A stretch of 64,000 nt of DNA from Treponema sp. (GCA_024402595.1 JAKSTL010000002.1:15964-79963); one strand, 5' to 3'; counted from the stretch's first letter, positions 9,435-19,512 are shown. Made by a program: numbers and translations. The notes: generated by a model not told the origin, from the letters alone.

Positions 9435-10475
9435 CTATCCATTTAATTTATTAACAATTAGCCCTTTTTCTTTTAAGAAAGCAAGCGCTTTTTCAACTTC
9501 CTGCTCATCGCCGGAAAAATCCACAACCATTTTACCAACAGTAGAATCTGTAAGCTGTTGAACTCCCGCAGCCCGAATGTTAAATTCTATATCAAAGTTC
9601 TTTGCCAACAGACTCAAAACTGGAGCATCCTGCAAATCACTTGGGAATCCCAATTCATAAGCTCCACCTTCCTGGGACCAGCGAACAATTGAATCATTTG
9701 ATTTTGATTCCGCAGAAGGTTCAGAAGCTTTTCCAATATTAGAAATAAACTCTTTTGTCACAGGATTTTTTGGATTAAGGAAAATATCATTTACACTGCC
9801 TTGCTCCACCACTTTTCCATCGTTTATGACAGCAACTTGACTACAGGCATCTCGGACAACTTCCATTTGATGTGTAATCATAACAACTGTAAGATTCATC
9901 TGAGTCTGGATTTTTCGTATTAAATTAAGGATTGATTTTGTTGTTTGTGGATCCAAAGCGGAAGTTGCTTCATCACAAAAAAGAATATCTGGATTATTTG
10001 CAAGAGCACGGGCAATGGCAATTCTCTGTTTCTGACCACCAGAAAGTGTACTTATGCGGGCATTTTTTCTGTCAGAAAGTTCAACTATTTCCAAAAGTTC
10101 ATCAACTCTTTTATTAATCTGTTCTTTTGGAACTCCACAGATTTCCATTGGATAAGCAATATTTTGACCCGCAGAACGAGAACTAAAAAGATTGAAGTTC
10201 TGAAAAATCATTCCTATGCGACGACGATGAAGAACTAAATCATTTTCAGCAAGATTGTCAACTCGTTTTCCATCATACAAAACTTCACCAGAATCAGGAT
10301 GCTCCATCATGCTTATTAAACGAACTAATGATGACTTACCGGCACCACTTTTACCAATTATCCCAAATATCTGATTCGAGGGAATTGTCAGAGAAACGCC
10401 ATCTACAGCACGAACCTGAGAAAGACCATCGGCTGAAGTATAGGTTTTAACCAAATTATTTAACTGAATTTCCAT
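9435..10475 (-). CDS. metN: Methionine ABC transporter ATP-binding protein
   Basis: GKSGAGKS, LSGGQKQR, LFCDEATSALDP, ITHQM and a C-terminal NIL-like domain. Confidence 0.95.
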   Translation of the reverse strand: MEIQLNNLVKTYTSADGLSQVRAVDGVSLTIPSNQIFGIIGKSGAGKSSLVRLISMMEHPDSGEVLYDGKRVDNLAENDLVLHRRRIGMIFQNFNLFSSRSAGQNIAYPMEICGVPKEQINKRVDELLEIVELSDRKNARISTLSGGQKQRIAIARALANNPDILFCDEATSALDPQTTKSILNLIRKIQTQMNLTVVMITHQMEVVRDACSQVAVINDGKVVEQGSVNDIFLNPKNPVTKEFISNIGKASEPSAESKSNDSIVRWSQEGGAYELGFPSDLQDAPVLSLLAKNFDIEFNIRAAGVQQLTDSTVGKMVVDFSGDEQEVEKALAFLKEKGLIVNKLNG

Positions 10476-10547
10476 AAAGAAAAATTATAGTGTATAGAGA
10501 ATCAATTTTCAATTGAATAAAAATGCCTCGTCAAAAGGTCTTGCCAA

Positions 10548-12545
10548 CTATTTTAGAACAGAATCTACAAGAGCTTTAAAATCTGGATCCTGAACAATAT
10601 TGTCATAAGAAACATCTTCTATAATGGAATAAACGCCGTCTGTTTCTACAATCGTGTCAGCATTTAATACGGAAATAATTTCCTGTGATTGACCAAAGGT
10701 TGTCATAGAAAAAAATGGATTTTTAGAAATTGAATTATCTTTTTTTTCATTTTCTGTGCATTCATCCAAAGATTCCAACTCCTGCAAATCTGTATCAGGA
10801 ATAAAATCCAGTGATGAAGGAACAAAATTGCTGGCAGTTTCATGAGATTGGGTGGAAACATTAACATATTCATCGCCCATACACAAATCTTCCGCAAAAA
10901 CATTGTTTACCGTGGCAAAATCATCAGATTCAGCACCTATAAAAGTTTTTTCACTGTTTTTTGAATAAACAGGTTTTGGAGGAATAACATTCATCAAAGA
11001 AGGTCGAAGTGGAGAAACATTGGAATCTGCAGGTTCTAAATCTTCTAATTCTTCCAATTCCTCAGCTTCTTCAACTTCCTCTAAATCTTCAACATCATCT
11101 GGATTTTCAACATCTTCCAATTCAGCTAATTGTTCAGGCTCTGGTGTAATTATATCAAGCAAAGGTTCATCTTGAGGAAGATTTTGCAAAGTATCATCGG
11201 AATCAATATCAGAAACCATTTCCATAACTTCCATTATAAACCCAGATTCTTGATTTTTAATTGTTTCTTTCTCTATTTCTACCGTATTTTCCCATTTAGA
11301 TTCAGCTTCTTCCATCAATTCTAAATCTTCAGATTCATTTTGCTCAATTTTATCTAACTCTGAAATCAAACTCATATTTGAATCAATTTTTTCCTGTTGA
11401 AAATTACAATCTTCAATTTCTTCAAGGGTGCCCAAAACTTCAGAATAATTTTGAACTTCAGGTGATTTTAATTCTTCAAGATAATCGTTGGAAGAGAGTT
11501 TTCGAGCCTCTTTTATATAGATTTTTTCTTTTGCCTGATTATTCTTCTTTGTCTGATTAGATGATTTTTTTCTTAATCCAAGCAAACTGAAAATAATAAA
11601 GAAAAGCAAAAAAAGAGCTGCAAAAGTGGCCGCTACAAGTTCATAAAAAATCTTAATTGGAAGATTAAACAGATTGCTTTCAACAAAAACTGTAGTTTCA
11701 ACCATCAAATTATTGGAAGAGTTTTTGTGCAGAACAGAAAAAGCATAATATTCCTTTCCATTGGTTGTCGACAGATGAATAGAATTACAATCATCAGAAT
11801 TTTTTAATGTTTCAAGCTCTTTCCACCAGCCAAAGATTTTTTCTTCCAAGGCTTCATCAGTTTTTTTAAGCCCAAAAACAAAGCCCCCTTGTAAAGTTTG
11901 GGAATCACTGAGCATTAAAAAGGAATCATTATGATTAACAAAAGAGTTATTCACAAAAAATTGTTCAAGACCGTTTAAACCAAAATAAAAAACAAAAACA
12001 ACATCGGTTTTTAGAGAATCCACAGCACAAGGATAAATCACAAGCATTCGACTGTTTTCTCTATCAAAAAGCACATTACCATCAGAAGATTCTTTTGAAC
12101 TAAAAAAATTGCGCAATTTTTCAGAAGAGATTTCTGCGGTTTTTCCCTCAATTTCGGAATATCGTTTATAAACATTATGTGTAGAAGATTTTGAATCAAA
12201 AGCAAAAGTGCTGTAAAAAATATTTTCGCAAGTTCTATCCATAACCCTAATGCCATTAAGACTTGGAAGATTTTTTTCGGCAACAGAGTGAACTATTTTT
12301 TCATATCCAACATCTGAAACCTCTGAAAGCTCGGATTCTAAGGTGGTGAGGATATAATTTATGTAAGAGCTGCAACCTTCATTTAATTCTTCAACAAAGC
12401 CTATTTTTTCTGTCATTTTTGGTTGAACATAATAACGGTTTTCAAGTGAGGGAATAATTTTTTTCTGGCCTAAAAATACACACAGAAGAAGAATAATGAG
12501 TGAACTTATTAAACTAAAAATTAACTTTTTTATAAATGACATCAC
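10548..12545 (-). CDS. Membrane protein with a periplasmic domain and a long acidic cytoplasmic tail
   Basis: Two TM segments, E/D-rich low-complexity region (EEVEEAEELEELEDLE), C-terminal DPDFKALVDSVL. Confidence 0.7.
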   Translation of the reverse strand: MMSFIKKLIFSLISSLIILLLCVFLGQKKIIPSLENRYYVQPKMTEKIGFVEELNEGCSSYINYILTTLESELSEVSDVGYEKIVHSVAEKNLPSLNGIRVMDRTCENIFYSTFAFDSKSSTHNVYKRYSEIEGKTAEISSEKLRNFFSSKESSDGNVLFDRENSRMLVIYPCAVDSLKTDVVFVFYFGLNGLEQFFVNNSFVNHNDSFLMLSDSQTLQGGFVFGLKKTDEALEEKIFGWWKELETLKNSDDCNSIHLSTTNGKEYYAFSVLHKNSSNNLMVETTVFVESNLFNLPIKIFYELVAATFAALFLLFFIIFSLLGLRKKSSNQTKKNNQAKEKIYIKEARKLSSNDYLEELKSPEVQNYSEVLGTLEEIEDCNFQQEKIDSNMSLISELDKIEQNESEDLELMEEAESKWENTVEIEKETIKNQESGFIMEVMEMVSDIDSDDTLQNLPQDEPLLDIITPEPEQLAELEDVENPDDVEDLEEVEEAEELEELEDLEPADSNVSPLRPSLMNVIPPKPVYSKNSEKTFIGAESDDFATVNNVFAEDLCMGDEYVNVSTQSHETASNFVPSSLDFIPDTDLQELESLDECTENEKKDNSISKNPFFSMTTFGQSQEIISVLNADTIVETDGVYSIIEDVSYDNIVQDPDFKALVDSVLK

Positions 12546-12661
12546 TCTGATTATCTTTTAAATAGGCGAAAAAATCCACTGTTTTTTTTAGGGCAAATCC
12601 ATGAAAAATATAAAATAATTTCACAAAATGGATTTTTATGGTTGGAAATTGGTTCTACAGG

Positions 12662-12881
12662 GGGGACAGACCCCTAGAAAATTGGTTTTGCTGAGGGGAC
12701 AGACCCCTTGGATTTTTGTTGAACAAAGGGTAAACAAAGGGGACAGACCTGTGTAAATATCCAGGCGTTTGGGGACAGATCTCTAGGAACTGAGGGGACA
12801 GACCCCCTGAGTATAAAAAAGTTTCCGTAATTGGATGAATGAATTAGGGGACAGACCTCTATAGATTAGGGGACAGACCCC
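12662..12881 (+). repeat. Array of 7 co-oriented GGGGACAGACCCC-type repeats with unique spacers
   Basis: Copies start at 12662, 12695, 12739, 12771, 12794, 12847 and 12869. Spacers are about 9-40 bp. Confidence 0.92.
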
Positions 12882-12922
12882 GTAGAACATTCTGACAAAA
12901 ACCACTTATAAACAAAATGGTC

Positions 12923-13030
12923 TTGCGAAGGCGTGGAAGGGAGCCGAAGGCTGCAACCGGAAGGAACGAACCGCAGGTGAGTGACTGAGGATGCCGCGCG
13001 TTAGCAAGCCCTGGAAGGCCGTTCTGTGGT
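12923..13030 (+). repeat. Structured GC-rich intergenic element, copy A
   Basis: TTGCGAAGGC-GTGGA-AGGG...CCCT-GGAAG-GCC-GTT, with GCCGAAGGC and ACCGCAGGT mini-hairpins. Confidence 0.8.
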
Positions 13031-13151
13031 TGGAACGAAAGCTTTGTGGAAGGGATATTTTTTATAAAAGGAATTAGCCCAGTCTTTTTATTGTTTTTCT
13101 TGTTGAAATTATTCATTGTAATTTACTAATTCTTGAAGTATATTTTATCTC

Positions 13152-14426
13152 ATGGTTGAAGTTGAAAAAGAACAAAACAGGGTTCCTAGAGCACTGCTGG
13201 TAGGAGAACCTGGAAATGATTTACAGGAATTAAAAGGTCTGGTTTTAACGCTGGAGATGGATATTGTTCAGCGCTTAACATTAAATCGTCTGGAGGTTCA
13301 GCCGCAATATGGGATGGGAACTGGTAAAGCGAAGGAAATTGCAGAGCTGGCAAAAGAAATTGAAGCAGATTGCATTATTTTTGACTTTAATCTTGATCCT
13401 CGAAAGCAACGAAATTGGGAAGAACTAGCTGGCATTTCATGTTTTGACAGACAGGAAGTTATTATCCGCATTTTTGCTCAAAGAGCGCAAACAAAAGAAG
13501 CTGTTCTTCAAGTTGAATTGGCACGGCTCAACTACTCTCTTCCACGGCTAGCCCACATGAGAAACGATTTTGCCCGACAGCGTGGTGGTGCTTTTGGCGC
13601 AAAGGGTTCGGGAGAAACTCAGCTTGAATTAAATCAACGACTGATTCGCGATAAAATTGTTGCTACAAAAAAAGAACTTGCCGAAATTGAACTGAATCGT
13701 CAGACCCAAAGAAAACAACGGGGTAAGATTCCATCCTGCGCTTTGGTTGGATATACGAATGCTGGAAAATCGAGTCTTTTGAATGCTCTTACTGGCGCCG
13801 AAGCTTTTGTAGAAAACAAACTTTTTGCCACGCTGGATCCACTAACAAGACAACTGCCATTAAATGACAGCGCTGGTGCTTTAATTACAGATACGGTTGG
13901 ATTTATTAGCAATTTGCCTCATCATCTTATTGATGCCTTTAAGTCTACTTTGGAAGAAGCGGTTTATGCTGATTTGCTTTTAATTGTGCTTGATTCTGCT
14001 GACGAAAATGCCATGCAGCAATATAAAACTGTAGTTTCTGTTCTGGAAGATATTGGTGCAGATAAAAATCCTCGCTTAATTCTTCTTAATAAAATTGATA
14101 AAGCAGAAGAAGCGGGTTCTGAAAATCAAACTATAAAGAATAATTATACTGCTTTGCGACATCAATTCCCTGATGCAATTTGCGTTAGTGCTAAAGAAGA
14201 ATATGGTTTTGTGGAATTAAAGGATAAAATCTTTGAACTTCTTTACGGAGAAATAAATGATTATGTAATTCCAATTTCTTCAACACCGTTAATCAATGAG
14301 CTTAGAAAAGCTGGTTGCATTCAAAGTGAAGAATGGTTGGATGATGGGGTTCATATTACAGCAAGAGCAACAGGTCGCTTGTATGCACTGGCTTCTCCGT
14401 TTTTAATCAGTCAAAGCAGTGAGTAA
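13152..14426 (+). CDS. hflX: Ribosome-splitting GTPase HflX
   Basis: IFAQRAQTKEAVLQVELA, GSGETQLE, VGYTNAGKS, LFATLD, DTVGF, NKID. Confidence 0.97.
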   Translation: MVEVEKEQNRVPRALLVGEPGNDLQELKGLVLTLEMDIVQRLTLNRLEVQPQYGMGTGKAKEIAELAKEIEADCIIFDFNLDPRKQRNWEELAGISCFDRQEVIIRIFAQRAQTKEAVLQVELARLNYSLPRLAHMRNDFARQRGGAFGAKGSGETQLELNQRLIRDKIVATKKELAEIELNRQTQRKQRGKIPSCALVGYTNAGKSSLLNALTGAEAFVENKLFATLDPLTRQLPLNDSAGALITDTVGFISNLPHHLIDAFKSTLEEAVYADLLLIVLDSADENAMQQYKTVVSVLEDIGADKNPRLILLNKIDKAEEAGSENQTIKNNYTALRHQFPDAICVSAKEEYGFVELKDKIFELLYGEINDYVIPISSTPLINELRKAGCIQSEEWLDDGVHITARATGRLYALASPFLISQSSE

Positions 14427-14432
14427 GCTAAA

Positions 14433-14990
14433 TTGAAAGATTTATTGAAAATGTCAAAGTCGGAAAAAACTAATCGGTATGACTCTAATAAAAATATTCA
14501 GCAGAAAACTGATGGTTTTAAGACTTTGAATGTATTTCTTATAATTATCATTTTTTTTCTTCTTGTGGTGCTGATTTCTGGTTCTGTTGTGGGGTTAAAA
14601 AACAGAAAAGCCGCTCAACATTTGGAAGAAAATAATGATATAGAAACAATCTCTCAAAATACTGAGTATGATTCTTACAAAGGTCTTGGTCAACTTAGAA
14701 TTATTACAGCGCCCGAAACTGATGATGGCTCTGATTTTGGAACAGCTATGGTTATTTCTCCTTGGTTTACTTATCCTCAAGAAGATAAAGTTCTGTTTGA
14801 GGAGCTATCAAAAAAAAGACTTAAGCTGATTGAAAGTGTTAATAAATATTTTTCAGATAAAACAAAAACTGAATTAAATGCTATGTCGGAAGAAAAAATA
14901 AAAGCTGACCTTTTAGAAGAACTAAACAGTCAGCTTTCACTTGGAAAAATCACCGATATATATTTTTCTGATTATATATTTTTAGAATAG
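14433..14990 (+). CDS. fliL: Flagellar basal body-associated FliL family protein (start may be ATG 14451)
   Basis: Single N-terminal TM helix. The C-terminus has IKADLLEELNSQLSLGKITDIYFSDY. Confidence 0.75.
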   Translation: MKDLLKMSKSEKTNRYDSNKNIQQKTDGFKTLNVFLIIIIFFLLVVLISGSVVGLKNRKAAQHLEENNDIETISQNTEYDSYKGLGQLRIITAPETDDGSDFGTAMVISPWFTYPQEDKVLFEELSKKRLKLIESVNKYFSDKTKTELNAMSEEKIKADLLEELNSQLSLGKITDIYFSDYIFLE

Positions 14991-14991
14991 A

Positions 14992-15828
14992 TTACAACTG
15001 AACGCCGGTTTTTATCTTTTCATTAAAGCGATCAAGTTTTTTACCTTCCAGTGGATTTGGTTCTCCCGCTAAAACTTTTCTTAAAGCTTCCATTTCTTCA
15101 CCACTAAAGTTTACACCCTCATTCATGTGATTTATAAAAGATTGTGTTGCTAAAGGAGCAACTTTTTTACACATTTCAAGAATTACTTCTGCATAAACTC
15201 TAATTTCATACTGTGCATGAGAATCAAGACGAAGTTTAAGGAAGTGGAACAGATTATGCAAGTCCATTTCCCAATAAAACTCGGTGTAAAGAGACAAAGG
15301 AAGATTGATTCGAGCAATTTCACGAGCCAAACCTGCATCTATAAGTTCTGAATAATTTTCGTAGGCATTTTTTTGTCCTGCTTCCAAATCAGAAATAATT
15401 TTTTCTGCTACGGCTTTATCAAATGCTTCTGTTGCTCTTCCCTGCTTGTTATCTTTACTCTGTGGGGCAACTTTATCTTCTGCAGGAACATAAAACTCAT
15501 CTTTCATAATTGAATAACGGCCAGAAACTTCATTCATACGGCCTGTTCTATGACGAACCCACTGACGGGCAACAAAAATAGGCATTTTTACATGAAATGT
15601 CATTACTACCTGTTCAAAAGGTGATGTGTGCTGATGACGAAGCAAATAATCAATTAAGGCACCATCCTGACTTACAGTTTTTGTTCCTTCTCCATAAGAA
15701 ACGCGGGCAGACTGAACAATGCGCTGGTCTCCGCCATAATAATCAACAAGTCTAACAAAACCTTTATCTAAAACCGGATATTCCTTATCAAGGATTTCTT
15801 CTGCTTCCGGAACAATACAATGTGCCAT
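14992..15828 (-). CDS. thyX: FAD-dependent thymidylate synthase
   Basis: HTSPFE, ThyX motif RQWVRHRTGRMNEVSGRY, HAQYEIR. Confidence 0.97.
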   Translation of the reverse strand: MAHCIVPEAEEILDKEYPVLDKGFVRLVDYYGGDQRIVQSARVSYGEGTKTVSQDGALIDYLLRHQHTSPFEQVVMTFHVKMPIFVARQWVRHRTGRMNEVSGRYSIMKDEFYVPAEDKVAPQSKDNKQGRATEAFDKAVAEKIISDLEAGQKNAYENYSELIDAGLAREIARINLPLSLYTEFYWEMDLHNLFHFLKLRLDSHAQYEIRVYAEVILEMCKKVAPLATQSFINHMNEGVNFSGEEMEALRKVLAGEPNPLEGKKLDRFNEKIKTGVQL

Positions 15829-15922
15829 TTTTTTACTCCAAAATAATAATTTGTAGAATCAATGTTAGCATATTTTTCAAGAAATATCTCTCTTTTTTTT
15901 ATTTTTCATCATGCTACAGAGG

Positions 15923-16642
15923 CTAATCTTCTGATTTTTTTTCTGATTCATCATTTCCGGGATTTTTTGTTGTGGGTTCTGAATCTTCTGATTTGTCGAT
16001 ATTTTCTGATGTTTCTGTCTTGATTTCTGTAGAATCTTGAGTTTTTTTCTCAGCAGCATCCATTGTCGCAGCTTCATCTTTTATTTCTACATCTTTAAGT
16101 ACAGTGGTTCGTTTATACACAGTTATTTCAATGACTAAAAGAACGACACCTATAACAAGAGCACCAATTCCCACAATTCGCACAAAAGCTTTTCCAACTG
16201 CTTCAATTGGGATTATAAAAAGAAGCACAGCTATTAAAAGAGATATAAAACTTTCGGTTGAAAGTCTTTTTCTTTCCGCAGGAGATATGTCTTTCAGTTT
16301 TGAGCTGGTATAAAAACCTGAAACGGACATAATTATTAAATAAATTGCCAGCATATAGGACAAAATCTTCCAAATGGAGCCTACGGTTTTTAATAAAACA
16401 AGGGGAGAAGAAACTGCAACTAAGCCAATCACAATGCTAGCAAGACTTTTTATTACCAGTATTTTTTTTACTGAAATCAACTCTTCTTTTTTATTGATTA
16501 GATAAAGATTATAACCTCCCAAAAGAACTGCAAATAAACCGACTATTACAACAACAGCTTTAATGCAGAAACCTGGAAAAATACTCATTAAAAGTCCGGC
16601 CAGAATTAAGGCTGAAGCAAAAACTATTTTTTTAGTATTCAT
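15923..16642 (-). CDS. DUF308/HdeD-like membrane protein
   Basis: Six hydrophobic segments in repeated pairs, followed by a charged low-complexity tail. Confidence 0.6.
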   Translation of the reverse strand: MNTKKIVFASALILAGLLMSIFPGFCIKAVVVIVGLFAVLLGGYNLYLINKKEELISVKKILVIKSLASIVIGLVAVSSPLVLLKTVGSIWKILSYMLAIYLIIMSVSGFYTSSKLKDISPAERKRLSTESFISLLIAVLLFIIPIEAVGKAFVRIVGIGALVIGVVLLVIEITVYKRTTVLKDVEIKDEAATMDAAEKKTQDSTEIKTETSENIDKSEDSEPTTKNPGNDESEKKSED

Positions 16643-16717
16643 AACATTCCTCCGAAAAAATATTCAATCATGGGTTAAAAGATAATCACGGAAAATAAGA
16701 TTGTCAAATATTTTGTT

Positions 16718-16937
16718 GGGGACAGACCCCGAAATAATTGGAAATTATAGGGGACAGACCCCGAAAATATTTTATTGTGAGGTAATTGTGGGGGACAGTT
16801 CTCAATTTTTCGTTTTCTTCTTGGGGACAGACCCCAATTTATTTCAAACGATTTTGGACTACAGCTTGGTGGGGACAGACCCCTGTTTTTATCAATAAAT
16901 TAAATGTTGGTGTTGTGCTGATAAGGGGACAGACCCC
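16718..16937 (+). repeat. Array of 6 co-oriented GGGGACAGACCCC-type repeats
   Basis: Copies start at 16718, 16750, 16791 (variant), 16823, 16871 and 16925. The last copy touches the thiP stop codon. Confidence 0.92.
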
Positions 16938-18412
16938 TAATCATTAAATATCGCAAAAATTGCACAAAGAAGGGCTAAAATTACACCGCTGGCACATGCC
17001 TGATTAAATCTATAAGAACTGGCAAGTTTGTAGGTGTAAAGGGCCAATGTATTAAACTTGGGAATGGACAGCATTAGCGGAAGAGTTGCGTCCCCTGCAC
17101 TTACCGCAAAACAAAATCCAAAGGCTGACAACAAAACTCTTTTACATGAGGGCAGATACACCCTAACGGCAGCGTCCAGTTTATTTTTTGAAAGCAAAAG
17201 AGCCGCTTTATCAGTATCCAAATCAATGCGATTTATTCCATTTTGCAACTGTCGATAAGCTATAGGCCAATACAAAATTGTTTGCAAAATAATCAGCATA
17301 AAAGGATTTCCGTGATGAAACAAAAGTCCCATACACCATCCCAAACTTACAGATGATATAGCCATTGGAATTAGCGGAAGTGTTTGCAGAAGAGCACTTT
17401 TTTGCTTTCGATTTATTTTTATAATTACAGAATAAACGAAGGCAAGATTGCAGCTTAAAAATCCTGTGCATAATCCTACCCAAAAAGTATTAAAAAGGGA
17501 TTCATAAAAATGCCTGTCTTTAAAAATCGAGATAAATTGAGCTAGAGAAAAAAAACTCTGATTAGACCTTTTTACAGAAAGACCAGAAATAAGTATTGAA
17601 AGACCTGGACTTACAAAAAACAATAAGATTAAAATCAACAGGAAAAAAAAGACGCATATTTCTAGAAACATTCTGAATCTGGTTTCAAAAAGTGATTTTC
17701 CAATAAGGCATCTTTTTCTTTCTACAAAAGCAATTCCCCCTGCAGAGGTTTGACTTTTTTGGCAGATTCTGCTGTAAACAAAAACGATAGTCAATGCAAT
17801 TGCTGTTTCGACAATGATTAATAATCCTCCAGCTTGTATATTCAAGGTACTGCGAATTGAATGATAGATTTCTACTTCCAAAGTTGATTTTCCTACGGGA
17901 GAAAAAAGCAGGACTATCATAAAACTGAAAAAACTAAACAGAAAAACTGGTATGCAGGCAGCGGCAATAGCTCCCGAAAGTTGGGGCAATGTTATTGTAA
18001 AAAAAATCCGTTGCTCTGATGTTCCTAAAAGTCTAGCCGCATTTTCTTGTTCTTTTGGAAGTTGACTCCATGCATCATTTAAGATTTTTGTGACTAAAGG
18101 AAAGTTGTAAAATCCCTGTGCAATTACAATTCCCGCAGAACTATAGAGAATTGAAAATGGTTTGTAGTTTTCTTCGAAAAGACTTTTTAAAAAAGAATTA
18201 AGGGTGCCGTTTATTCCAAAAAAACTTACATAACCTAGGGCAATTATTAGTGGTGGAACGCACAATGGAACGGCGGAAGAAGCTAAAAGCAACCTCCGTC
18301 CTGGAAAAACTCTGTGGGATGTAAAAAACGCTGCGGGAATACCTATTACAGCTGAGATTATTGTTGATAAAACTGCAATTTGCAGCGTGTACAAAGTGAT
18401 TTCCAAAATCAT
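16937..18412 (-). CDS. thiP: Thiamine ABC transporter permease (duplicated TM domains)
   Basis: Two BPD_transp_1-like halves (FYNFPLV...ENAARLLG...TITLPQL). Lies downstream of thiB and a TPP riboswitch. Confidence 0.85.
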   Translation of the reverse strand: MILEITLYTLQIAVLSTIISAVIGIPAAFFTSHRVFPGRRLLLASSAVPLCVPPLIIALGYVSFFGINGTLNSFLKSLFEENYKPFSILYSSAGIVIAQGFYNFPLVTKILNDAWSQLPKEQENAARLLGTSEQRIFFTITLPQLSGAIAAACIPVFLFSFFSFMIVLLFSPVGKSTLEVEIYHSIRSTLNIQAGGLLIIVETAIALTIVFVYSRICQKSQTSAGGIAFVERKRCLIGKSLFETRFRMFLEICVFFFLLILILLFFVSPGLSILISGLSVKRSNQSFFSLAQFISIFKDRHFYESLFNTFWVGLCTGFLSCNLAFVYSVIIKINRKQKSALLQTLPLIPMAISSVSLGWCMGLLFHHGNPFMLIILQTILYWPIAYRQLQNGINRIDLDTDKAALLLSKNKLDAAVRVYLPSCKRVLLSAFGFCFAVSAGDATLPLMLSIPKFNTLALYTYKLASSYRFNQACASGVILALLCAIFAIFND

Positions 18413-18440
18413 TCCAATTGTGCTTTTTTAAGTGAATGTT

Positions 18441-19424
18441 TTAGAATGCTACCTTATATGATTCAGGAAGCACGACTTTTTTATTAGCAGGGAACATCCA
18501 CTGTGTTAAAGGAATAACACTCTGGGCTTCTTCGCTGATAAAGAAATCCATAAAGGCCTTTGCTCCAGAAAGATTTTTTGCACCTTTTACAATAGCTGCA
18601 CCTTCAATCTGCTGAACATGACCATCTGTAAACTTCAATGCTACAAACTGGTCGCCTTCACCATATTCAATATGATAAGCAGGACTTGTTGTATAACTGA
18701 TTACCAATGGTGCTTCTCCATTTGTGAACATTCCATATCCAACGCTCCAACCAGGTGCCATTGTAAGAATTGAAGGTTGAAGTCGTTTCATATAATCATC
18801 ATATTTATCGCCATAAACAGTTTTTACCCAAACATCAAAACCTAAGCCTGGTGTACTTGTTTTTGGATCCATAAGAATAATCTTTTTTTCGTAAATTGAT
18901 TTTGTCAAATCCTCAAGACAAGTTGGTGCTGGAACTTTTGACTGTGTGTTGTAAATCATAGCAAACTTACTGTAATCATAAGGAATTAGATAGTAATTAT
19001 TTGCGGCTGTTCGTTTTGATGGTGCATCTGGATTATTTAATTCATCAATCAAGGCATTATCGATAACCTCATCAATATTAGCAGGTTTATATGCGTAAAG
19101 GATTCCGCTGCTAAGGGCTTGTTTAGAAAGATTGTTATCAAGACCAATTAAAACATCAGCATAAGGATCTTTCTTTTCAAAAAGCGCTTTTGACAGTATT
19201 TGCACACCGTCACCACAATCGGCATAAATAACTTTAATACCGGTTTTTTCTTCAAAAAGACGAGCCAATTCTGGTCCTGGGCCCCATTCGCCAATAAATG
19301 AATCATAAGAATAGATTACAAGTTCGTTTGTACGAACATCAGTTTTTTTACAAGCGCTAAAAAAGCAACTGCAAACTAAAATAAAAATAAATGAAATTAA
19401 TAAAGAGACAGATGATTTTTTCAT
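18441..19424 (-). CDS. thiB: Thiamine ABC transporter substrate-binding lipoprotein
   Basis: YSYDSF...WGPGP, DVLIGLDN, DPKTSTPGLG, WSVGYGMF, SYTTSPAYH. Start moved to MKKSS (19424), which follows a GGAGG SD. Lipobox FFSA-C. Confidence 0.93.
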   Translation of the reverse strand: MKKSSVSLLISFIFILVCSCFFSACKKTDVRTNELVIYSYDSFIGEWGPGPELARLFEEKTGIKVIYADCGDGVQILSKALFEKKDPYADVLIGLDNNLSKQALSSGILYAYKPANIDEVIDNALIDELNNPDAPSKRTAANNYYLIPYDYSKFAMIYNTQSKVPAPTCLEDLTKSIYEKKIILMDPKTSTPGLGFDVWVKTVYGDKYDDYMKRLQPSILTMAPGWSVGYGMFTNGEAPLVISYTTSPAYHIEYGEGDQFVALKFTDGHVQQIEGAAIVKGAKNLSGAKAFMDFFISEEAQSVIPLTQWMFPANKKVVLPESYKVAF

Positions 19425-19425
19425 G

Positions 19426-19512
19426 TCTTCCTCCGCCAGCATTATCTGGTTCAGGTTCTAGGGTATAATCTCAGCCTTTTTTCTCCCAACGGGCAAAAAA
19501 AGCACCCCTGAT
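19426..19512 (-). promoter_or_regulatory. TPP riboswitch
   Basis: Minus strand reads CAGGGGTGC...GGCTGAGATTATACCC-TAGAACCTGA-ACCAGATAATGCTGGCGGAGGAAG, the canonical TPP aptamer motifs, directly upstream of thiB. Confidence 0.95.

Noticed and set aside
12662-16937. GGGGACAGACCCC arrays as CRISPR arrays
   Set aside because: The repeat is only 13 bp, spacers vary from about 9 to 40 bp, there are no cas genes or leader, and copies are dispersed, some inverted.
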